From Dehalococcoidia bacterium (GTDB lineage: Bacteria; Chloroflexota; Dehalococcoidia; GIF9; UBA5629), in contig JBEKIW010000002.1 in NCBI GenBank assembly GCA_050011565.1, positions 128,001 to 192,000 on the forward strand: a DNA stretch of 64,000 nucleotides, given 5' to 3'. Made by a program: the position numbers and the translations under genes. Below, piece after piece: positions 47,664 to 57,165 of the stretch; position 1 is the stretch's first letter; each line of letters starts with the position of its first letter. The notes under the pieces are model-generated. The model was not told the origin of the DNA. It did no database searches and worked only from the letters and a program-made list of their open reading frames with translations.

Positions 47664-48455
47664 ATGCAACAGAGATGTCCTAATTGCGGTTCACCCGTTA
47701 TACCCGGTCAGCGTTTTTGTGGCGGTTGTGGAGCTCAGTTAAGTCTGTCCTGTCCTCAGTGCCGGATTACGGTCAGCCCCGGTACCAGATTTTGTCCTAA
47801 TTGCGGCACTACGCTGGGCGGTGGACCGACACAGCAGCCGGGATGGGGACAGCCCGGTGGACCGCCTCCACATCAGCCGGGAATGCCACCGCAACAGCCG
47901 GGTATGCCGCCACAGCAGCCGGGAATGCCGCCGCAGCAACCGGGTTGGGGACAGCAGCAAGCCTGGGCTCCGCCGGCACCGAAGAGCCAATCGTCATCAT
48001 CGAGACCATTTCTGGTAATACTGCTAATAGTTCTCGTGATTGGACTTGGCGGGCTTGTCTACTGGCAATTTGGCGATCAGCTCCTAGGGTTTTTTAACTC
48101 TTCCATCGGTGGTGGCAGTTCTACTATTGTCGATACCACAAAACCGGTGATCACGTTTTCTGAGGACCCAACTGTGTCAGTAAAAAGCGCCAGCATCTTC
48201 TGGCATACTGATGAGTTTGCTAGCACGCAGGTTGAATATGGCACTAGTAACACTTACGGCACACTCGAACCTGCCCAGCCAGCAGACGACCCAACTGGCG
48301 GCCAGTCGCTTGGAGTTATTGACCACTCTGTACTTTTAAGTGACCTTCAGCCGACTACTACCTATCATTACAGGGTCAAGTCGAAAGACAAAGCTGGTAA
48401 CGAGGCAATATCCTCCGACGATAGGACTTTTACGACCATTGCAGCTACAGAGTAA
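47664..48455 (+). CDS. Double zinc ribbon + Pro/Gln linker + TM + FN3-like domain protein
   Basis: CPNCG..FCGGCG..CPQC..FCPNCG; TM; YHYRVKSKD.AGN. Confidence 0.85.
   Translation: MQQRCPNCGSPVIPGQRFCGGCGAQLSLSCPQCRITVSPGTRFCPNCGTTLGGGPTQQPGWGQPGGPPPHQPGMPPQQPGMPPQQPGMPPQQPGWGQQQAWAPPAPKSQSSSSRPFLVILLIVLVIGLGGLVYWQFGDQLLGFFNSSIGGGSSTIVDTTKPVITFSEDPTVSVKSASIFWHTDEFASTQVEYGTSNTYGTLEPAQPADDPTGGQSLGVIDHSVLLSDLQPTTTYHYRVKSKDKAGNEAISSDDRTFTTIAATE
47833..47960 (+). repeat. Coding tandem repeat (21-nt, QQPGMPP units)
   Basis: Degenerate CA(A/G/T)CAGCCGGG(A/T)ATGCCNCCN copies. Confidence 0.8.
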
Positions 48456-48648
48456 TAGCTAAATTTCGGCCTACTAAGACCAAGCATAATCCTCGTATGA
48501 ATGAGCCTATACCCGGGTTTGAATTCGAGCTTATCTTTCCCGTCAGCATCTTTTTGATGTTATTCCCGGTCGTTGTTTTATTTTCGTGGCACAAGTTGTA
48601 TAATCGGTAGGTGACCCTGAGGGTCTTAAACTAATGCGGGAGGTTATT

Positions 48649-48981
48649 ATGAAATACATTAGCTTGCTAGCTGCTATTTTTCTTCTAGTCTCGTTTGGAG
48701 GCTGCACGCTGATAAACAGCGCACCACGTCATTCGGCCGACGAGGTAGCCGCTATAGCTAAAAGCTTCAGTCCTACGTGCCAGAAGCTGATACCGCCAGC
48801 TCCCGGAGCACCACACACCTGAGGTTGCGCCGCTCCTCAGTATGAGGAGGTCGCCTCGACTTATACGGCGCAATATCAGGATAATGGAATGTGGACTATA
48901 ACGAAGGCCTGCCCCGTAGACTCCACATATGACCGCAGCTGGTCCTTCAATGATAATACAAATGAATTGATATGGAAATAA
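48649..48981 (+). CDS. Putative selenocysteine-containing lipoprotein (110 aa, U-G-C), TGA at 48820-48822
   Basis: GGAGGT RBS, lipobox FGGC, frame open for 52 codons after TGA to TAA 48979, SECIS-like hairpin downstream. Confidence 0.6.
48825..48873 (+). promoter_or_regulatory. Candidate SECIS element
   Basis: TTGCGCCG/CGGCGCAA lower stem; GAGG-[AGGTCG]-CCTC upper stem-loop. Confidence 0.5.
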
Positions 48982-49020
48982 AGCTTATAGCGAACGATTT
49001 AGAAAGAACTGAGTCTTAAA

Positions 49021-49341
49021 GTGACTGACATTCTGGATGAAGCCCAGGCGTTAGTTCAATGCAAGGCCTGCCCCTGGTATAAGAGCTGCGCCTTACCGGT
49101 GAAGCTAACAGAGGATGACTTAAGAAAACAGCTCGAGTCTTCAATGCCGGGAGCCGCCAACCCGGGTACCTCCCCATACGGCATGCAGCAGTTGTTATCC
49201 GGCCTGGCAGCCGCTGCTGAAAACTCCATTCTGGAAGGCTGTCCGGTATTTATCAGCAGGCTTCGCTCCAGCCCCAAGCTCGCCGAGCAGATAAAAAAGC
49301 TAATGCAAGACTGGTCAAAAGAGACCCAGAGCCAGCCTTAA
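49021..49341 (+). CDS. Hypothetical protein with CxxC-x5-C and a distal CP
   Basis: CKACPWYKSC...EGCPVF. Confidence 0.7.
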   Translation: MTDILDEAQALVQCKACPWYKSCALPVKLTEDDLRKQLESSMPGAANPGTSPYGMQQLLSGLAAAAENSILEGCPVFISRLRSSPKLAEQIKKLMQDWSKETQSQP

Positions 49342-49421
49342 TTATCCGACCGCATTTTTACCTTCACCTGCTGCCTCACTGAATACTATCCTTGCGGAAT
49401 AAACATAGAAGGATAACCTGC

Positions 49422-49997
49422 ATGAAGAGATTGTCCAAATGGTTTTATCTCGGCTCGATGGTCGGCGGTCAAGTCGGCGGCATCATTCTGCTAACAGCCG
49501 GTGTAGTTCTCTTAGTCGTTTCTGGAATATTAACCAATTATGTTCTCGACCTCAGCCACGCCGATATATGGACACTGGCGAACTCTCTTCTGCTCATCTT
49601 ATTGGGCTGTGCCGCCATACTGTTCGGGGCAACGATATGGTACCTGTTGCTTTATAGGGCATGGTCGGTAATACAAGACGGCAACGCCAGTACTACGCCG
49701 GAAAAAGCGGTAGGCTTCATTTTCATACCATTTTTTAATTTCTACTGGATTTTCAAGGTCTGGTACGGATTCGCCCTGGATTATAACCGTTACATTGAAC
49801 GCTATGCACTAAATGCACCGAAGCTGGGGAAAAGCCTTTTCCTGGCTTTTTGCATTTTGTTTATCTGCAGTATGGTGCCCTTCTTGAACTACCTGGCCGG
49901 ACTGCCATTCCTGGTGATATTAGGTATTACATCTAACAAAACTATTGATGCAGTAAACGGCTTACTGGCGTTACAGGCGGCCGCTACAAATCAATAG
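49422..49997 (+). CDS. Membrane protein (DUF4328-like)
   Basis: TP.KAVGF.FIPFFNFYW.F; four TMs. Confidence 0.7.
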   Translation: MKRLSKWFYLGSMVGGQVGGIILLTAGVVLLVVSGILTNYVLDLSHADIWTLANSLLLILLGCAAILFGATIWYLLLYRAWSVIQDGNASTTPEKAVGFIFIPFFNFYWIFKVWYGFALDYNRYIERYALNAPKLGKSLFLAFCILFICSMVPFLNYLAGLPFLVILGITSNKTIDAVNGLLALQAAATNQ

Positions 49998-50024
49998 CAT
50001 GAAGAAGATTGTTCGCTATTGTGG

Positions 50025-50324
50025 CTAAAAGATGTAGCCGTGCTCAGCATCTCCCGAAGGCGGAACCGGCAACTGAAGTGATTTATTAACGGAATGATTA
50101 CCGATTGCGATTTGAAATGCAGCCAACTCACCCAATCGTTTGGCTACTACAGGAGGTATCCAATTGGAAGGCTTCCAGGAACCGGTGTAACTTGGCGATA
50201 ATACCAGATAATAACCATCGTCACTTGTTATCCCCATCCTACAGCCATTGCCTAAATCAACTACTTCCTTTGGTTGCCAAACCACCGGTCTTTCACATAC
50301 AATGCTACCCATATTTACCCCCAT
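50025..50324 (-). CDS. Hypothetical protein
   Basis: 99-aa ORF; GGGGT RBS before the second ATG; no motif. Confidence 0.45.
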   Translation of the reverse strand: MGVNMGSIVCERPVVWQPKEVVDLGNGCRMGITSDDGYYLVLSPSYTGSWKPSNWIPPVVAKRLGELAAFQIAIGNHSVNKSLQLPVPPSGDAEHGYIF

Positions 50325-50364
50325 AAAAGAAATAGTTTTACTTGAAGTGAAGAGATGCTTTCAT

Positions 50365-50448
50365 CTAGAACAAATACCAGGCAAAGAAAAAGAAGACCAG
50401 ACACACAAACAGAAAACTTCCGAGTATGGCGATAAGCTCTTTGTTCAT
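50365..50448 (-). CDS. Candidate 27-aa single-TM small protein
   Basis: MNKELIAILGSFLFVCLVFFFFAWYLF*; purine-rich leader. Confidence 0.4.
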   Translation of the reverse strand: MNKELIAILGSFLFVCLVFFFFAWYLF

Positions 50449-50540
50449 GGCCTTTTACACACCCCTCCTTGGTTCTAAAATATATAACGAATCAGCACCG
50501 AAAATGGTTTAGGCCTCAGCCATAGAATGGGATTATAAAG

Positions 50541-51269
50541 ATGAAAAAATTAATGTTGTACACCGTCATTACCGTAGCTCTGCTACTTATTTCAGTCGCG
50601 GCTTGCAGTCCGCCGGTCAGTCAGCCCGAGCAAGAGTTCTTCAACCGATGTGACCAGATGCGTAAAAATATAGAACAAGCGCAGGCTATCGCTTCAGAGC
50701 TACAGCACTTCGATTGGAAGGAGTTCGCAGCCATCGGTATATTATGCCCGCCGGGCGGAATATGCCCGGTGGGAAACTTGCCTATAGTGGAAAAGGCTTC
50801 AGTGGCTAAAGAGCTTGCAGACCGCGTGGTCCCTTTGCCCGAACGATTGCCATCGCCCGAGACAGCCGAAACCTACTCCGTGCAGTGCGCCAGCTGTTTG
50901 AAATTCACCATAGAGGTCTGTTCAAATAGCCCCTATAATGAATCACAAGCCAGTGCCGCGGGGTCGGAAAATATTACCGCTCAGTGGCAGCAGTTATGTG
51001 GTCAACTCCAATCAGCCTTACAGGGAGCTGAATATCTGGCTTCCAGAGACAAGACCATTGCCGCAGATTACACGTTCCCTCAACTGTTCGCTTATTTCAC
51101 TGCCTCTGAGGAAAAGGTAAAACAGAAGTATCTCGAAAAGTTTATCGCCAAATCTGACGAATACATTAGACTTCATGATGAGCTAATACAAAATATGCAG
51201 CAGGCCAAACAAACCGCATTAGACCTGTCTAACTGGCAATTCAGTCCTCAAGACACCTCAGCGCAATAA
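50541..51269 (+). CDS. Cys-containing hypothetical lipoprotein
   Basis: Lipobox VAAC; CPPGGICP, CASC. Confidence 0.72.
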   Translation: MKKLMLYTVITVALLLISVAACSPPVSQPEQEFFNRCDQMRKNIEQAQAIASELQHFDWKEFAAIGILCPPGGICPVGNLPIVEKASVAKELADRVVPLPERLPSPETAETYSVQCASCLKFTIEVCSNSPYNESQASAAGSENITAQWQQLCGQLQSALQGAEYLASRDKTIAADYTFPQLFAYFTASEEKVKQKYLEKFIAKSDEYIRLHDELIQNMQQAKQTALDLSNWQFSPQDTSAQ

Positions 51270-51342
51270 ACACGGAAAAGGGGAAAATTCTCTTTTGCTT
51301 TTGTCGGGTATATAATTAAACAAATTGTTCAGAAGTCGTGAC

Positions 51343-52323
51343 ATGAAACATAAGCATATCCTCAATATTTTTTTACTTTTTAGCCTGGCCGTATTATCGG
51401 CCTGTTCGGTAATCTCCTGTCGCCCGGAACCGCCGTCTATTGTCCTTTTCTCTGCCACTCCTTCAGAAATCAATAGCGGAGCGTCATCGACCTTAAAATG
51501 GGGTGTGAAAGATGCTACCAGCGTGACTATAGACCAGGGTGTAGGCGAAGTTTCCGCCAACGGTTCAAAGGAGCTATCACCCTCTAAAACCACTGCTTAC
51601 ACCCTGACGGCTACTAACGCCGGCGGTACCGTCACCAGGTCGGTAGTCCTTTATGTTACGGAACCACCACCGACACCACCGCCACCAGTAGTTGATACCA
51701 CGCCACCGGTAATCAAAACCGTCTCAACTTCATCTGAAACTGAGACCAGCGCCGTCATAACCTGGACGACAAACGAGCCGGCGAGCAGCGACGTTGAGTA
51801 CGGTAAAGATGCCGACTACGGTTTAACCGCCTCCTCGGCTGAACTGACCACCGACCACAGCCTCACCTTAAGCGACCTCGCGCCTAATACCGCCTATCAC
51901 TTCCGGGTAAAGTCCAGTGATAAAGCCGGTAATCAAGCTTCATCCGCTGACAATATTTTTGTTACAGCACAAGAAAAATCACAGTACTCACTGGCACTTC
52001 TGTCACTGGAATGGGGAAGGAGAACAGAGTCCACGGATATCGGCATGGGGATCAGCCCGGTACAAGGTAAAAAGTATCTCTACATCAAGGGTACATTACA
52101 GAACAAGAGCCAGGCAACCCTGAGGGCAATAATATATACGATGAATTGTTGGAGCGGCAGTACAATTGTAAAATATGAAGTATACGTGTATCGCGGTCCT
52201 GCCTTACCGGGACAGGTTTTTTCATTTAATATAGAAACTGCCGATGACCCCACGGTTGACAATGTGACCATTGATTTCGCCGACTCGGTGGGCAGGGATA
52301 TCGTGGTTACCAAACAACAATAA
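51343..52323 (+). CDS. Ig-like plus FN3-like lipoprotein
   Basis: Lipobox LSAC; TT.YTLTATN.GG; YHFRVKSSD.AGN. Confidence 0.8.
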   Translation: MKHKHILNIFLLFSLAVLSACSVISCRPEPPSIVLFSATPSEINSGASSTLKWGVKDATSVTIDQGVGEVSANGSKELSPSKTTAYTLTATNAGGTVTRSVVLYVTEPPPTPPPPVVDTTPPVIKTVSTSSETETSAVITWTTNEPASSDVEYGKDADYGLTASSAELTTDHSLTLSDLAPNTAYHFRVKSSDKAGNQASSADNIFVTAQEKSQYSLALLSLEWGRRTESTDIGMGISPVQGKKYLYIKGTLQNKSQATLRAIIYTMNCWSGSTIVKYEVYVYRGPALPGQVFSFNIETADDPTVDNVTIDFADSVGRDIVVTKQQ

Positions 52324-52416
52324 AGAGATAACCGAAAGCCCAGCCTGTTTTAAACGCGCGCCATATGTCTGACCGGCATATCGTGTAAGCCAGCAGAAGA
52401 AGGAAAAAAGAGTTAC

Positions 52417-52743
52417 ATGAACGAAACAACGACGTTAATGTTACTTACCGCTTTAATACTCATTATTATATTCGTGCTACCCCAAATAATGTTGAGGCGT
52501 GCCATCTCTTCCGTAATACGTACCTTCCGGCAAAGTAAGGCCGTCGGTGCTCAGAATGCTAAGACGATTGATGAACTTGGGCTCAGACCGAAGAGCATGA
52601 TGCAGGCTATATTCCGGGGAACGCAGTATAAAACAACCGCTTTACTGGTGTTGAGGAATGCCGCTGTCATCGAGAGCACTGAAGACAGCAAGCTGTACCT
52701 TTCCGAGGAAAACCTTTCCCGTAGCCGATGGAGAGGACGCTGA
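52417..52743 (+). CDS. Hypothetical single-TM protein
   Basis: N-terminal TM; NAKTIDELGL.P; KLYLSEE. Confidence 0.7.
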   Translation: MNETTTLMLLTALILIIIFVLPQIMLRRAISSVIRTFRQSKAVGAQNAKTIDELGLRPKSMMQAIFRGTQYKTTALLVLRNAAVIESTEDSKLYLSEENLSRSRWRGR

Positions 52744-52816
52744 CGCGACTATCCGATTCTCCAATCTGGCACGACATAGGTCTTAATAATAATGGCGTCG
52801 TCATGTCTGTTTTACG

Positions 52817-53956
52817 TTAGGCGAGCAGGCAGCGCGAGATGACCACCCGTTGTACCTGGTTGGTGCCCTCGTAAATCTGCGTTATCTTGGCATCCCGCAT
52901 CATCCTCTCCACCGGATGGTCTTTTATGTAGCCGTAGCCGCCCATAACCTGCACCGCATCGGTGGTCACCTTCATGGCCACGTCGGAAGCGAATGTCTTC
53001 GATATGGCCGACAGATAGGTGAGGTTTGGCACTTTGTTGTCGATAGCCGAAGCCGCCCGGTAGACGATGGCGCGCGCTGCCTCGACCTAAATAGCCATGT
53101 CGGCCAGCATGAACTGTACCGCCTGTAAGCTGGCGATGGGCGCATTGAACTGCACCCTTTCTTTAGCGTACTTGGTCACGTAGTCCAGCGCTCCCTGAGC
53201 TATGCCGGTTGCCTGGGCGCCTATCACCGGCCGGGTTCGGTCGAGCGTCATCATGGCATAGGTGAAGCCTCTGTTTGCCTCACCGAGCCGGTTCTCAACG
53301 GGCACGGGGCAGTTTTCGAAGATAAGCTCGGCTACCTGCGAACCGCGAATCCCCATCTTGTCCTCCATCTTGCCGATGGAAAAGCCGGGCGTTTTTCCGG
53401 GAACGATAAAGGCTGAGATACCGCGCACACCTTTCTCCGGGTCCGTCTTGGCGAAGATGGTATAGGTAATAGCCACGCCGCCGTTGGTAATAAAGCACTT
53501 GCCGCCATTGAGTATATACTTATCTCCCACTTGTTTAGCAGTAGTCTCCATGGCAGCGGCGTCGGAGCCGGCTTTCCGCTCGGTTAGTCCGAAAGCGAAC
53601 ATACCTTCTCCCTTAGCCAGTGGAGTCAGATGCTTAACCTTTTGCTCCGGACTTCCGGCAATTAGTATCGGCTCGGCCGCCAGCCAGCTCGAACCGACTA
53701 TGTTGGAGCAACTGGGGTCGACACGTGACATCTCCTCGGAAAAGATGCAGCAGGTTACCATATCTTTATCAACGCCGCCGCATTCCTTTGGCATATGCAA
53801 ACCGAACAGCTTGTTAGCCTTGAATATTTCGAAAATGTCCCAGGGGAACTCTCCCGTGCGGTCGATTTCCGCGGAGCGCGGCGCTACTTTTTCCTCGGCC
53901 AATTTGCGTATGGTCTGGCGGAACTTCTCCTGCTCCTCTGTCGTTATATATGGCAT
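52817..53956 (-). pseudogene. Acyl-CoA dehydrogenase interrupted by one in-frame TAG (53087-53089)
   Basis: LTE..AGSD, KCFITNG, KMGIRGS; continues in frame [16 protein letters not shown]...[26 protein letters not shown]. Confidence 0.75.
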
Positions 53957-54131
53957 CGGCTTCTCCTTTCTGGAATTTATCATTGTATTTTCTTCTCCCT
54001 CTCCAGTCAATAGCACATAATGTTTACACGGCGATGTTTAGGATAGTACAATAGGGCTTTCCTGGCCGCGCTTTATTTTAGCGCTTAGATATTATTTATC
54101 GTAAACGAGTAACTAATTGGGAGGGTAGGAC

Positions 54132-55316
54132 ATGAAATTGGAATTCAACTATTTTATACCAACCAGGATTCTTTTCGGTGCCGGAAAGCTAAAAGAGCTG
54201 GCTAAGACGCCTTTTCTGCCGGGGAAGAAAGCTCTGATTGTGATTAGCTCGGGTGCTTCCATGAAAAGACACGGATATCTCGACCGGGCAATTAGCTATC
54301 TGGGCGAGCGCGGCACACAGTCAACCGTTTTCGACAAAATACTGCCTAATCCTGTAGCCGAACACGTCGCCGAAGGAGCGACACTGGCTAAACAGGAAGG
54401 ATGTGATTTCGTTATCGGCCTGGGCGGCGGCAGCAGCATCGATAGCGCCAAAAGTATAGCTTTCATGGCCAAAAATCCGGGTGAATACTGGGACTATCTC
54501 CGGACCGGGACCGGCAAGAAAATGCGCCCCTCGGGAGAGGCGCTGCCAATTGTAGCCATTCCCACTACCGCCGGTACTGGAACTGAAGCCAACCCCTGGA
54601 CGGTTATAACTAAAACCGAGACGAAAGAGAAAATCGGTTGGGGAGCTGATTACACCTTTCCTGCCCTGTCGATAGTTGACCCGGAGTTGATGACCAGTGT
54701 CCCCCCGCTACTGACTGCCTATCAAGGGATGGACGCCTTCTTCCACGCCGTCGAAGCCTACCTGTCCATTAGAAACAATCCGGCAAGCGATATGTATGCC
54801 CTTGACGCCATTGGATTAATCACGGAGTACCTACCCATAGCAGTAAAAGACGGCGGCAACATTGAAGCCCGCGCCGCGCTGGCCTGGGCCAGCACCGAAG
54901 CCGGCTTTGTGCAATCGCTTTCAACTCTGATATCGCATCACTCACTGGAACATGCCATCAGCGGGCATCATCCTGAAATTCCCCACGGCGCCGGCTTGAC
55001 CGCAACCTCGGTTGCTTATTTTAGCTGTCTGGCAGAACGCAATGTTTCCAGGCTTTCGGATATCGCCGGAAAGATGGGTGAGAATGTGAATCAATTATCG
55101 GGCGATAAAAAACCGTCTGCTTTTATCACCGCCTTGAAAAAGCTAATCAAAAAGATTGGATTGGAAAAAACAGATTTAGCCAGCTTCGGCGTCAAAAAAG
55201 AAGAGGCAGCCGTCATAGCCCAGAACTCGATGGATACAGGCGGCTTTCTATACTTAAGTAATCCGGTGCCACTGACTAAAGAAGACGTGGTAAAAATCTT
55301 CGAGAGTTGTTTTTAA
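54132..55316 (+). CDS. Iron-containing alcohol dehydrogenase
   Basis: GGGSSIDSAK, PTTAGTGTE, DAFFHAVE, HSLEH, PHG. Confidence 0.92.
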   Translation: MKLEFNYFIPTRILFGAGKLKELAKTPFLPGKKALIVISSGASMKRHGYLDRAISYLGERGTQSTVFDKILPNPVAEHVAEGATLAKQEGCDFVIGLGGGSSIDSAKSIAFMAKNPGEYWDYLRTGTGKKMRPSGEALPIVAIPTTAGTGTEANPWTVITKTETKEKIGWGADYTFPALSIVDPELMTSVPPLLTAYQGMDAFFHAVEAYLSIRNNPASDMYALDAIGLITEYLPIAVKDGGNIEARAALAWASTEAGFVQSLSTLISHHSLEHAISGHHPEIPHGAGLTATSVAYFSCLAERNVSRLSDIAGKMGENVNQLSGDKKPSAFITALKKLIKKIGLEKTDLASFGVKKEEAAVIAQNSMDTGGFLYLSNPVPLTKEDVVKIFESCF

Positions 55317-55346
55317 ACTTGTAATCTTTTTTGGGGGGACTTACCT

Positions 55347-55745
55347 ATGCATCAAAATTCCACCGTCACTGAAAAAGAACCCACCGCAAATAACTCGGGG
55401 CAAGGTTTTCGTGTAGGCGATGCCCCGGAAGAAATTAAAGAATGGAACTGGGGAGCTTTCTTCCTCACCTGGATATGGGGCATAAGCAACCGGGTGTGGC
55501 TGGCACTTGTTGCCCTGGTACCGCTTCCGCTAGTGGGGTTGGCCATGGGGATACTTCTGGGAATTAAAGGCAATGAATGGGCCTGGCAGTGCAAGAAATG
55601 GGACAGCGTGGAGCAGTTCCGCCACAGACAGCGCATCTGGATGTACTGGGGCATCGCCGGCGCATTAGCGCCTTTTGTCTTTATTCTTGGCTGGATTCTG
55701 ATAATAGTTGGACTGCTCGGTTACTACGGCTACATTCACTTCTAG
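55347..55745 (+). CDS. Small membrane protein of the WNWGAF family
   Basis: WNWGAFFLTWIWG...KGNEWAW...W.S.E.F...QR.W. Confidence 0.75.
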   Translation: MHQNSTVTEKEPTANNSGQGFRVGDAPEEIKEWNWGAFFLTWIWGISNRVWLALVALVPLPLVGLAMGILLGIKGNEWAWQCKKWDSVEQFRHRQRIWMYWGIAGALAPFVFILGWILIIVGLLGYYGYIHF

Positions 55746-55773
55746 CAGGAGTAAAGCTAATCAAATCTATTAG

Positions 55774-56502
55774 ATGAGAATAGAAAATCTAATAAAAAAA
55801 CATATACCCGATGACGGCGAACATACATGGGGGTTCGCCGATTTAACCGGCCTGCTCCACCCCCGGTTCAAGGGATACAACTACGGAATAGTAATCGGGA
55901 AAAAACTGGACGATGGCATCGTCGACTCCGTGATTAACGGGCCGACGATGGAGTACTGCAACCAGTACATTGACACCAACCGTTATTTATCCGGCCTGGT
56001 GAAAGAGCTGGCGGATGAGCTAACGGCAGCGGGCATCAAGAGCCTCCCTATAAATGCGACACCAAACGAGATTGACCGCGCCGACGATTATGACCGGACA
56101 TTGAGAAACACCTTCTCTCATAAAATGGTCGCCACCCGGGCCGGACTGGGCTGGATAGGCAAGACTGACTTGTTCATATCGAAAAAATTCGGGCCCAGGT
56201 TAAGGCTGGCTTCCGTCCTGGTGGACTACCCGTTGAAACCCTTAAATCCACCAATAGACAAAAGCCGGTGCGGTAAATGCAACCTGTGCGTGGAAGCCTG
56301 CCCGGCAAAAGCCGCCAGCGGCAAACTGTGGAACATACACATAGACCGCGACCAGTTCTACAGCGCGGCTAAATGCAAGGAAACCGCCAATCGACTTACT
56401 CTGGAAAAAATCGGTAAGGATGAGCGCCTGTGCGGCATCTGCGTCGCCGTCTGCCCGGTCGGTAGGTTGCGCAAGGCAAGTGTTACAAAGGGAGGTAAAT
56501 AA
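55774..56502 (+). CDS. QueG/reductive-dehalogenase-like cobalamin-Fe-S protein
   Basis: SHK..A.RAGLGWIGK, FGPRLRL..V, CGKCNLCVEACP, CGICVAVCP; no Tat signal. Confidence 0.82.
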   Translation: MRIENLIKKHIPDDGEHTWGFADLTGLLHPRFKGYNYGIVIGKKLDDGIVDSVINGPTMEYCNQYIDTNRYLSGLVKELADELTAAGIKSLPINATPNEIDRADDYDRTLRNTFSHKMVATRAGLGWIGKTDLFISKKFGPRLRLASVLVDYPLKPLNPPIDKSRCGKCNLCVEACPAKAASGKLWNIHIDRDQFYSAAKCKETANRLTLEKIGKDERLCGICVAVCPVGRLRKASVTKGGK

Positions 56503-57083
56503 TGTCTGAAAAGGTACGTTTCTATGACTGGTTTATTGACAACTGGGCCAAGGCAAGTCTACCTCTGGCCATAGTTCTGTTTCTTATCAGCCCGTTTGTT
56601 TACAAGGGCATCGGCCTAGCGGCTTTTCTGGTCTATCTTACCCTGCCGTTCTATATGCTCCACCAGTATGAGGAACACGCCGGCGGCCAGTTCAAGGCTT
56701 TCGTAAATAAAACCGTCGGCAGAGGTCGGGAAGTCCTGAGCGACAGAGCCATCTTCCGGGTAAACGTGCTGTGGGTATGGCTGGGTACCCTGGTTGTGCT
56801 CTACCTTTGCGTATACGTCAACATAGTCTGGGGTCTGCTTTCCGGATACCTGGTCGCCCTTAATGGAATAGTGCATATCGTTACCAGCATAAGGATGCGG
56901 AGATACAACCCGGGATTGTGGACGAGCGTGGTGGTCTTCCTGCCGCTGGGCATCTACATAATATACCTGATAAGTAAAATATCCGGCGCCGGCCTGCTCT
57001 ATAACGGCATATTTCTGGTCGTCACCATATTGCTGCACTCGATGATTTTACTCAACATTAGGCGACAGCGCAGACAGGCTTAA
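56502..57083 (+). CDS. HXXEE-domain membrane protein
   Basis: LHQYEEH, YNPGL.TS. Confidence 0.88.
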   Translation: MSEKVRFYDWFIDNWAKASLPLAIVLFLISPFVYKGIGLAAFLVYLTLPFYMLHQYEEHAGGQFKAFVNKTVGRGREVLSDRAIFRVNVLWVWLGTLVVLYLCVYVNIVWGLLSGYLVALNGIVHIVTSIRMRRYNPGLWTSVVVFLPLGIYIIYLISKISGAGLLYNGIFLVVTILLHSMILLNIRRQRRQA

Positions 57084-57165
57084 CACGTTTCCTGGAAATC
57101 TCCGTAATACTTCCCCCGTTTATCCGTATATTACTGTAGACAAACGGATAAAAAGGAGGTTCGCC

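Noticed and set aside
50325-50448. Apparent C-S-R-TGA (CxxU) upstream of ORF 50025-50324
   Set aside because: Careful frame counting shows the ATG at 50448 is in a different frame and ends at TAG 50365; the CxxU frame has no supported start or SECIS-like hairpin
55774-56502. Respiratory reductive dehalogenase rdhA
   Set aside because: Only 242 aa, with no twin-arginine signal
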